Source: a virus. From it: a DNA stretch of 64,000 nucleotides. The notes beneath the pieces are model-generated. The model saw only the letters and a program-made list of their open reading frames with translations. It was not told the DNA's origin and did no database searches. The translations under genes and the position numbers were made by a program. Of this stretch, positions 17,093 to 24,410 are shown piece by piece. Every line of letters starts with the position of its first letter. Position 1 is the stretch's first letter. The stretch covers positions 64,001 to 128,000 of IMG/VR virus record IMGVR_UViG_3300046003_007336. The stretch is one strand, 5' to 3'.

Positions 17093-17169
17093 CCCCGCGT
17101 AGCGCAAATGGTAGAGGCATCCGGTTTAAGCCCGGTTCAGTGTGGGTTCGAATCCCTCCGTGGGGACCA
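17093..17169 (+). tRNA. tRNA with Leu(TAA) anticodon, no long variable arm
   Basis: CCCCGCG/CGTGGGG acceptor, TT-TAA-GC loop, TTCGAAT loop, CCA. Confidence 0.85.
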
Positions 17170-17212
17170 TTTCATGGTTGACCCAAAAAAACCTCCCCGC
17201 TAGGGTCGAAGG

Positions 17213-17578
17213 ATGAACGCTGAACGCACCATCTACATGGCCTGTGACGCTACTGACGAGGTAAGCGATTGCCGCTATTGCCAGTGGCGCGGTCGTGTCG
17301 CAGAGTATCTCGAAGAAAGAAAGAGCCCCGACAGGAATCCAAATTTCAGAATGGGCCGCGACCTCGCGATCATCGAGTTCAAAACATCTGCCGCGATGGG
17401 GGAGTTCATCCTCCAGTTTGGCGAGGCCTGTCTTACCCGCGAGACCTGTTCTGGGCTCCTGGACCACTTGCGAGTCCGAAGAAAGGCCTTCAACGACGCC
17501 GAAGAGGCGGAGCAGGAGAAGGAACTACTCGAACAGGAACAACGAATCCGAGACGAGGAAAACCAACGCGCGGCCTGA
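17213..17578 (+). CDS. hypothetical protein (motif family plus acidic coiled tail)
   Basis: AAGGA SD; internal IEFKTSAAMGEFILQF. Confidence 0.75.
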   Translation: MNAERTIYMACDATDEVSDCRYCQWRGRVAEYLEERKSPDRNPNFRMGRDLAIIEFKTSAAMGEFILQFGEACLTRETCSGLLDHLRVRRKAFNDAEEAEQEKELLEQEQRIRDEENQRAA

Positions 17579-17647
17579 CCCCTTTACATCCGATCACGTT
17601 TTTGTTAGAAACCGGGTGAGGGGTTCCTCAAGCCGGAGCAAAAGCTT

Positions 17648-18223
17648 TTGTTGAATTGGATTGGTCGGCTGGTCGGCCGCGAGAAACGCGATGCCGTCCC
17701 GATCACTGCGTCTTTCCCGGAACTGAGATCGTTCCTGCCTTCGACTGATGAAAGCGGACGCGTAGAAGCCCCCGCTGTTCCAGCGGAGATCATCGTCCTC
17801 GCCGACCGTTCGGTCGCGCCAGTGAAGCCAGCAGCGGAGAAAGCCGCGTTGCGGGTGAGACCTCTCAAGAAACCCGACTACGCTGCCGCCCTTGAGCTTC
17901 TGGGGGGCATGGAGCATTCCCAGCGGTGTCTTCTGCTCAACATCAGGTCCCTCGGCCAAACCATCTACCATATTCGCCCCGATGGTTGGCTTGAGACGTC
18001 GCCGATCAACATCACGCGGGTGATAATCAAGGACTGGAAAGAGCCCCTGGAGGCCCTACAGAGCCTTGGAGCCATCGAGGCGACCGTGGGCCCGGAAATG
18101 GTCTGTGTGCGCTCCACGGAGCACTCAGAGGCCATCAAGGCGGCATGGGTCGCCCTACCTCCGCAGATCGAGCCCAAGCCGTATGTGAAACCCGGCCGGA
18201 CGGGGCGGCGCGGCCCACCCTGA
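17648..18223 (+). CDS. hypothetical protein
   Basis: TTG start after GGAG; 191 aa. Confidence 0.7.
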   Translation: MLNWIGRLVGREKRDAVPITASFPELRSFLPSTDESGRVEAPAVPAEIIVLADRSVAPVKPAAEKAALRVRPLKKPDYAAALELLGGMEHSQRCLLLNIRSLGQTIYHIRPDGWLETSPINITRVIIKDWKEPLEALQSLGAIEATVGPEMVCVRSTEHSEAIKAAWVALPPQIEPKPYVKPGRTGRRGPP

Positions 18224-18245
18224 GGCTAAATACGACCAGTCCCAT

Positions 18246-18848
18246 TTGGAGTTCTGGTTCGTGTTCAATAAATCTTCGCCGATGTTCCGAGGTGCCTTCA
18301 CGACCGTCCTGGTCGCGTTGATCATCTTCTCGGCAGCCTACTTCGCCTCGGTGGAGTTCGCCCAGACCAAGCTGTCTCTGTTCAAATGGTATGAACGCCC
18401 CTATGTGACCAACGCCGAGGGTGTGCAGACGACGCAGTTCCGCGCCGGAGACGCGTTCGTGGTCAACTATTTCGTCGAGCGCGAACCGCTGAAGTGCTGG
18501 GCTGTCTTCACCAACGTTCTCACCGGCCCGGTCTCCTACCAGCTTCCTGCGACTCGCAGCCAAGTCATCACCAAGACGCGCATCCGTGTGCCGCTGAAGA
18601 TGTATGAGGAACTTCCGGCCCAGCTTCCTGCTGGACAATATCGTCTTTCACAAATCGTTTATCCGACGTGCGGGAACGTCCACATGCTACCGTTCAAGCT
18701 CGAAACAGGCATCGTCCTCGACGTGCTGAAGAAGGATGCTCCGAAACCCGTCGTGGTCACCATCCAGCGCGAGCGCGATCTCTACGAGCCCGACTTCGTG
18801 GTCGCGCCTGATCAGTCTGGCGACATCACGGTCCCGCCGTCGCTCTGA
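18246..18848 (+). CDS. late membrane-anchored protein
   Basis: Single N-terminal TM helix; TAAATA at 18227. Confidence 0.7.
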   Translation: MEFWFVFNKSSPMFRGAFTTVLVALIIFSAAYFASVEFAQTKLSLFKWYERPYVTNAEGVQTTQFRAGDAFVVNYFVEREPLKCWAVFTNVLTGPVSYQLPATRSQVITKTRIRVPLKMYEELPAQLPAGQYRLSQIVYPTCGNVHMLPFKLETGIVLDVLKKDAPKPVVVTIQRERDLYEPDFVVAPDQSGDITVPPSL

Positions 18849-19129
18849 TCTCGGGTCCAGTGCTGAAGTGCAAGGTCTTCCAGGAAGACCAGCGCAGCGT
18901 CACGAGACGTAAAAGATTTCACGATTTTGACGGGGTGACGAAGGCACATGTGGACGGTCTCGCCCCATAGGCGGATTACGCCAAAGCCCTCATAGCGACC
19001 GTTCCCCAAGGAACGAGTCCATCGACGCATCGTGCGTCGGTTCGGATTATAGGTGTGTTGGTCCTCGCAACCGAGCAACTCAGCACACCGCAGGTAGAAC
19101 CCTTCTACCCCAGCTTCATTCATTTTCAT
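18812..19129 (-). CDS. hypothetical late protein
   Basis: TAAATA on minus strand at 19136-19141. Confidence 0.7.
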   Translation of the reverse strand: MKMNEAGVEGFYLRCAELLGCEDQHTYNPNRRTMRRWTRSLGNGRYEGFGVIRLWGETVHMCLRHPVKIVKSFTSRDAALVFLEDLALQHWTRDQSDGGTVMSPD

Positions 19130-19167
19130 CGCGAGTATTTATGGCACCCTACTCGCGGATTGTCAAG

Positions 19168-19326
19168 TTAAGACCTGGATGGGCGTTTTCTTCTCCGCAA
19201 CGAAGAAAGCCGCTCGGACTTCTCCGAACGGCCTTTGCGGGTGTAGAGCTTCTTGCTCGGGATGACCTGTTGTTTCAGGTGTGGTGATCGCAACGCTTGT
19301 GCAATCGGGTCTCGTTTCTTCTTCAC
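19168..19326 (-). CDS. ArfA-like alternative ribosome-rescue factor candidate (52 aa), absent from ORF track
   Basis: GTG start, AAGGA SD, TAAATA at 19356-19361; MKKKRDPIAQALRSPHLKQQVIPSKKLYTRKGR resembles the ArfA core. Confidence 0.7.
   Translation of the reverse strand: MKKKRDPIAQALRSPHLKQQVIPSKKLYTRKGRSEKSERLSSLRRRKRPSRS
19201..19236 (-). terminator. terminator-like hairpin inside the ArfA-like ORF
   Basis: Minus strand GCCGTTCGGA-GAAG-TCCGAGCGGC followed by TTTCTT, upstream of the stop codon. Confidence 0.7.
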
Positions 19327-19392
19327 TGTTCTGTTCCTTTACGGGGTGGAATGAATATTTACTTACCCTGATCAGTATGTCAGGATTCCGGT

Positions 19393-19734
19393 ATGGATAT
19401 CCTTGAAAAAGCCGAACATCATGGATATCAAGCAGTCAGTGATATCGTTCCGCGTGGCTATTCAGAGGCAGATACGTTCATCAACGACATGATAGTCCTG
19501 CATCAGGCCGGATACGTTTACCGCATTTCGTATGCGTTCGACAATATGGACGATTGGGAATCGGCTAATCGACCGTACATCGAGGCCATTCAGCAACTTA
19601 TCGAAGAACAAGTCGTTCTCAAACCATGGACGGTTTGCCACTATCCTACCGGAATTTACGGAAGGACGACCGTGACGGTTCTGCTCTTCACCTCATACAA
19701 GGATTTCGTTTACTTCAAAATGATGATCGTCTGA
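19393..19734 (+). CDS. hypothetical protein of dispersed motif family
   Basis: Ends LLFTSYKDFVYFKMM. Confidence 0.7.
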   Translation: MDILEKAEHHGYQAVSDIVPRGYSEADTFINDMIVLHQAGYVYRISYAFDNMDDWESANRPYIEAIQQLIEEQVVLKPWTVCHYPTGIYGRTTVTVLLFTSYKDFVYFKMMIV

Positions 19735-19750
19735 CTTTCTTTTTTGAGTA

Positions 19751-21034
19751 ATGGACCCGGACTCGCTATGTTGGGTTCATATGAGCAACCTCGCAGAACT
19801 GGTCAAAGCCCGAGACGTAGACGCCATTCGGTCCTACATGGCGGAGCACAATCTGAAGCTCGACGGGCTCCAGATCGTCCCCGCCGATGCTGCAACCAAG
19901 AAGAGCCTGAAGGCTCAGGAGGACTTCTGGAACCAGCGTCAGCAGGCCAGGAAGATTCTACTCAACTCCCTCTACGGCGCGCTCCTCAATGAAGGCCTGC
20001 GCTTCTATGACGAACGCCTCGGCCAGTCCGTAACCCTGACCGGTCGATCTATCGTTCGGCACATGAACGCCAAGTCCAACGAAGTCATCACCGGAGAGTA
20101 TGACTACATGGGCCGCGCTATCGTCTACGCGGATACCGACTCCTGCTATTTCTCCGCCTACGAAATCCTGAAAGAAGACCCCGCCTACGCGGACTTCGAA
20201 TGGACGCGGGAGAACATCATCTCCCTCTACGACAACATCTCCGACGTCGTGAACGAATCCTTCCCCGAGTTCATGCAACGGTCGTTCAACACCACGCTTG
20301 AGCGCGGCGCCATCATTGCGGCCGGTCGCGAACTCGTGGCTTCAAGCGGTCTCTTCATCAAGAAGAAGAAATACGCCGTGCTCATGTATGACAAGGACGG
20401 CACCCGGCTGGACAAGGGCAATAGCCCCGGCAAGCTGAAGGCCATGGGTCTGGACCTCAAGCGGGCCGACACCCCGAAGTACATGCAGAAATTCCTCGAA
20501 GGCCTCCTGATGGATGTCCTCCAGGATGGCTCGAAGGCGGTCGCGTTCGATCAGATCAGAGAGTTCCGCGTCGGCTTCAAAGCACGCCCCTCGTGGGAGA
20601 AGGGCGCCCCGAAGGCCGTGAAGGGCCTGTCCGTCTATGGGGACAAGCTCAGCAAGTCGCACAAGGTCGGGGTGATGTCCAAGGAGGGCAAGTCCAAGGT
20701 CAACATGCCCGGCCACGTTCGGGCCTCGCTGAACTGGAACACCCTCTGCGAACTCAACGACGACCGCTACACGCCTCGCATCACGGACGGGACCCGTATC
20801 GTCGTCTGCCCCTTGAAGTCCAACGCGCTCCGCATGGATTCCATCTCCTACCCGATTGACGTTGACGCCAACCATCTCCCCCGCTGGTTCAAAGAACTCC
20901 CGTTCGATGAAGCCGCGATGGAAGACAAGATTATTGATTTCAAGCTCAAGAACCTTCTAGGTGTATTGGATTGGAACCTGCAAGACACCAAAGACATACC
21001 GGGTGAAGAGTTCTTCACCTTTGAGGAATACTAA
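19751..21034 (+). CDS. family B DNA polymerase, C-terminal subunit of a split gene (alternative start 19781)
   Basis: KILLNSLYG (motif B), YADTDS (motif C), KKKYA, GLD.KR.DTP; no exonuclease or motif A. Confidence 0.92.
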   Translation: MDPDSLCWVHMSNLAELVKARDVDAIRSYMAEHNLKLDGLQIVPADAATKKSLKAQEDFWNQRQQARKILLNSLYGALLNEGLRFYDERLGQSVTLTGRSIVRHMNAKSNEVITGEYDYMGRAIVYADTDSCYFSAYEILKEDPAYADFEWTRENIISLYDNISDVVNESFPEFMQRSFNTTLERGAIIAAGRELVASSGLFIKKKKYAVLMYDKDGTRLDKGNSPGKLKAMGLDLKRADTPKYMQKFLEGLLMDVLQDGSKAVAFDQIREFRVGFKARPSWEKGAPKAVKGLSVYGDKLSKSHKVGVMSKEGKSKVNMPGHVRASLNWNTLCELNDDRYTPRITDGTRIVVCPLKSNALRMDSISYPIDVDANHLPRWFKELPFDEAAMEDKIIDFKLKNLLGVLDWNLQDTKDIPGEEFFTFEEY

Positions 21035-21765
21035 TGCGCAATACTCTAACTGATGTTATTCGTCAGGCCGGGTCACTCTTTGAGGTGGTCAAGGTCACTG
21101 GCACCGAGAACTCGACTGTGTTTGAAGCCGCAGACGAGAACAAGACCCTGTTCTTCAAATCCACGGTGGCTGTCGCCATTCCTGAGTTCGAAGGTGAATT
21201 CGGTCTGACCAACCTGGGTCTCCTCTTGGGTCTCCTCAACTTCCCGTCCTACAACACCGACAAGGCCACCTTCGAGGTCCAGCGGCGCAAGCTCAAGGAT
21301 GTCGAGTTCGTCGAGGCGTTCATCTTCCGTGATGCCAAGAACAAGGGGACGGAGTTCCGCACCATGAACTCCGAACTCGTCAAGGGTCAGGCCAAGATCG
21401 CCAACATCCCATGGGACGTCACCTTCGAGCCCAACTCGGGCAACCTCGAAGAGTTCGCCAAGCTGTCCAGTCTCCTGTCCGGCGTGGACAAGAACTTCGG
21501 CGTCCGCACCGTCGAGGGCAATCTCGAATTCTCGGTCGGCGGCTCCAATTCCGCGACCCACCGGGGCAACATGATCTTCCAAGAGAATGTCTCGGGCGAG
21601 ATCAAGGGCGAGGTTCAATTCAACACACAGCAGTTCATCGCTATCATGAAGCTGGCGGGCAAGAACCCAACCCGGCTTTCCATCACCGGAAAGGGCGTCC
21701 TCGGCGTCCAGGTAAACACCCAACATGGCATCTATGACTACTACCTCCGCGCCAACCGGGCCTGA
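21034..21765 (+). CDS. putative sliding clamp (gp45-like processivity factor)
   Basis: 243 aa, coupled to polB, beta-rich two-repeat pattern; clamp loader present in window. Confidence 0.6.
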   Translation: MRNTLTDVIRQAGSLFEVVKVTGTENSTVFEAADENKTLFFKSTVAVAIPEFEGEFGLTNLGLLLGLLNFPSYNTDKATFEVQRRKLKDVEFVEAFIFRDAKNKGTEFRTMNSELVKGQAKIANIPWDVTFEPNSGNLEEFAKLSSLLSGVDKNFGVRTVEGNLEFSVGGSNSATHRGNMIFQENVSGEIKGEVQFNTQQFIAIMKLAGKNPTRLSITGKGVLGVQVNTQHGIYDYYLRANRA

Positions 21766-22054
21766 GCCGGAACTCCTTCGACTGGAAGAAGCCCGCAAAC
21801 GTCGTGATCGTCTCCGCTTGGACGAGATCGACCGCTGGACGCCGAAGCAGGCGTTGGAAGCTGCCCTGCTCGACATCGAGCTTGGTGAACTCAACGCCGA
21901 GGCCGTGGTGATTTTCTACGGTGAGCCCGACCAAACCATCGAAGACGAGAGCGTCGTCGGTCGCTACGTGGGTTCCAACGGCTGCAAGGGCCGCAAAGAT
22001 GGCCTGTGGGTCCGTGGCATGGCATCTCGGGCCCTGGCCCTGATGATGCGCTAA
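21725..22054 (+). CDS. hypothetical protein (start uncertain)
   Basis: ORF following the clamp gene. Confidence 0.55.
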   Translation: MASMTTTSAPTGPEPELLRLEEARKRRDRLRLDEIDRWTPKQALEAALLDIELGELNAEAVVIFYGEPDQTIEDESVVGRYVGSNGCKGRKDGLWVRGMASRALALMMR

Positions 22055-22365
22055 ATTTTGCGGAGGTCGATGACCGCCTTCCCCTGATGGCGCCACAGGC
22101 GCCCATACTTGTTTACGAGGACGACGTGATTATCCATCGCGTCGTCCTCTGTCTCGTATCTGAACTGCTCTTCCTCGAAGTCGTCGCCGCCGTCGCAAAA
22201 CACCATCGTCTCGAACAGGCCCCCGCAATGGTCGAGCCCGAGGAAGATCGTGGAGATCACAAAGGGGCCAACCTGGGCCTTTGCGAGCATGGTCGTGCCC
22301 CGATAGTCCTGAAGAGGAATCGGTGTGATCGCTCCGGTCTTGGGGTCACGGCTATAGGCGGACAT
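22051..22365 (-). CDS. hypothetical protein
   Basis: AAGG SD; ISTIFLGLDH...LFETMVF pattern typical of small phage proteins. Confidence 0.7.
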   Translation of the reverse strand: MSAYSRDPKTGAITPIPLQDYRGTTMLAKAQVGPFVISTIFLGLDHCGGLFETMVFCDGGDDFEEEQFRYETEDDAMDNHVVLVNKYGRLWRHQGKAVIDLRKI

Positions 22366-22492
22366 CCCGCCTTATACCGCCCATGCGGGTATCCGTCCAT
22401 CTCGACCCTGTGGATAACTCAGTGGACGAAAAAAGTTCACTGCACTGTACGATTTTTGTTGACCCAAATCGGGCCCCTCCCTATAGTTCATT

Positions 22493-23300
22493 TGTCGCTT
22501 GGGACTGACAGCCGCCCGCAAGGGTGGTCAAAGGTCGGGGTTGTCGCCCCGGTCGCCATCGCAAGGTGGTCAAGCCAAGCAAGCGTCACATCTCACTGAG
22601 AAATCGGTGTCTGGCATTTCGGTGCTGGGTATCGTTATTCCGGTGTCCTGTTGAGCCTGTCCAACCAGAGATGGCGGATAGGCGAACACAGGCGGGGGAC
22701 CGTCTGTGGAGGGCAATCCGACCGGGAGAAGCGAGAAGGTGAAGGCGTGGGACGGTCAGTCCGAGGAGCAGGATAGGCTTCTAGGGCGACGTCCAGTTGA
22801 CGGGTGAAGTCTTGCCGCCAGTACCCTTTCGAGGGTCTGGAGCCACGGAAGGCGGAGTCCGGTAGACGGTTCCCTGAGTCCGGGGAGCATGAGGGCGTGT
22901 GGTATTTTGTGGGCCAAAAGCTCACGGAGCCACGGTAAGCACGACCTCTGACAAAAACCCGCTGGGTTCCGACCCAGCACCATCATGCAAGGTGTTAAAA
23001 CCAAGAGAAAGCCTTACCGGTTTCGTGTGAAAGATGGTTCCTATCCTGGGACGCAAGTCGCCAGGATGCCCGGAGGTCTCAAGCCGAAGGGTCCAGTCTC
23101 GGGAAAGTATTCTGCAAGGGTTCGCAAGCCTTTGTAGACGACGGACGGGACAGTAGCACGAGATGACAGTCTACCGCCTGACTTAAAACGGCACCATCGA
23201 TTGGCGAGGGCGTGGTGACATGTCTGGAGCCGGGAGGGAACCAATACTCCTCCTACGGCCGATCACGGAACCCGTGGCTCTCAGGGTTTCAAAACCTCAA
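22493..23300 (+). ncRNA. about 800-nt large ncRNA, GOLLD-like
   Basis: TTGACC-N17-TATAGT promoter, no credible ORF, many GNRA/UUCG hairpins, long-range helices (22694-705/22864-75; 22769-77/23040-48; 22927-35 or 22840-48/23272-80), terminator; size and 3' motifs fit GOLLD as recalled. Confidence 0.65.
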
Positions 23301-23335
23301 AGGGGTGTTTGGTGAAAACCAGACGCCCCTTTGTT
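23299..23335 (+). terminator. terminator after GOLLD-like RNA
   Basis: AAAGGGGTGTTTGGT-GAAA-ACCAGACGCCCCTTTGTT. Confidence 0.75.
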
Positions 23336-23386
23336 GCGTCTGGAATATACTTGACAAAATCCTATCCGGGGTTGTATTCAGATCAG

Positions 23387-23728
23387 ATGTTCCGAGAGTT
23401 CAACAGGACCGAATACGAAGCCGTCGATGCGTGGACGGAGGCGGCGATTGTTGACATGCTGATCGGACGGATGCGGGTCCCGGACAAGTTCCTCTACGAC
23501 ATCAACGATGGCTTCAACACCGTGATGGTGGAACGGCTCGGCCGCGACAAGGCTGGCTCCGAGTCCTATTTCAAACTGAATGGCGAGGGCTGGGCCCTGT
23601 CCTTCACTGAGCGGGGCGGCGGCACCCAAGAAGACCCGCTCACCTTTCACGACATCGTCCTGCATGGCGACGACGCTTTCGGCCGCGCCGTTCTCATGAG
23701 GCAGTTGGCCACCGACGTTGCCGCCTAA
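23387..23728 (+). CDS. hypothetical protein, probably leaderless
   Basis: TTGACA at 23351 with ATG near the predicted start site. Confidence 0.7.
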   Translation: MFREFNRTEYEAVDAWTEAAIVDMLIGRMRVPDKFLYDINDGFNTVMVERLGRDKAGSESYFKLNGEGWALSFTERGGGTQEDPLTFHDIVLHGDDAFGRAVLMRQLATDVAA

Positions 23729-24213
23729 CGGCGCGGATATTTTTCCAAGAAGCGTTTCTTCACGTTGGCACTGAGATGCTGACTGAAGACGTCGCCCTCG
23801 TTGACCCATTGGAGAATCATATCGCCCTGCTTGTACTCGTCGGAGGCGCGAGCGATCTCTTTCTGTTCGGGCGTTGCTGCTCCCGCTGAGCACATCACAA
23901 CGGCGGGCCGGGTGTGGTCAATCACCGCCCTGGCCTCCGTGAGTTCCTCAGCCATCGCCTTCAGGAGAGCCAACTGGGTCTCGTTGGAGGGCAGAACGAT
24001 AGTCCCGCGCAGGATGTTGAGGTAGACGGCGTGAGGGTCCTGGAGGACTTCCTGCACGCGGGTTAACTCCTCGTCCATCTCCTTGAAGGTCTTGACGAGA
24101 TGTTGGACGTCATCGGGGTGATGAATTTTCTCGGGTTCGTTCGCCGTGATGGTCCGCGCCAGAGCACGGTTGTTCGAGACGAAGGCGGTCACGAATTTCG
24201 CTCTTTCGGTCAC
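23725..24213 (-). CDS. hypothetical protein
   Basis: GTG start coupled to upstream gene stop. Confidence 0.65.
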   Translation of the reverse strand: MTERAKFVTAFVSNNRALARTITANEPEKIHHPDDVQHLVKTFKEMDEELTRVQEVLQDPHAVYLNILRGTIVLPSNETQLALLKAMAEELTEARAVIDHTRPAVVMCSAGAATPEQKEIARASDEYKQGDMILQWVNEGDVFSQHLSANVKKRFLEKYPRR

Positions 24214-24410
24214 CCGAGGCCTCCGATGGCCGCGAATATTTTTTGACGAATCTCGGTCAGGGACTCGGCGACATGGATGTCTTCCGGCATGTAGTGACCC
24301 ATGCAAAGGGGGCGCAGAATGGTGTTCTGCCCATGCTCAACCCGATACAATATTTGGTCCATGTTGACGTCGATCTTGCGACCGTCCATCCGGGTAAGAA
24401 GAACATTCAT
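24210..24410 (-). CDS. FlbD-like small protein (66 aa)
   Basis: M.VLLTR.DG.KI.VN.DQI..VE...NT.......VAESL.EI.QKI pattern. Confidence 0.55.
   Translation of the reverse strand: MNVLLTRMDGRKIDVNMDQILYRVEHGQNTILRPLCMGHYMPEDIHVAESLTEIRQKIFAAIGGLG

Noticed and set aside
19751-19900. Split intein at the polymerase break
   Set aside because: No C-terminal intein His-Asn followed by Cys/Ser/Thr motif visible at the N-terminus
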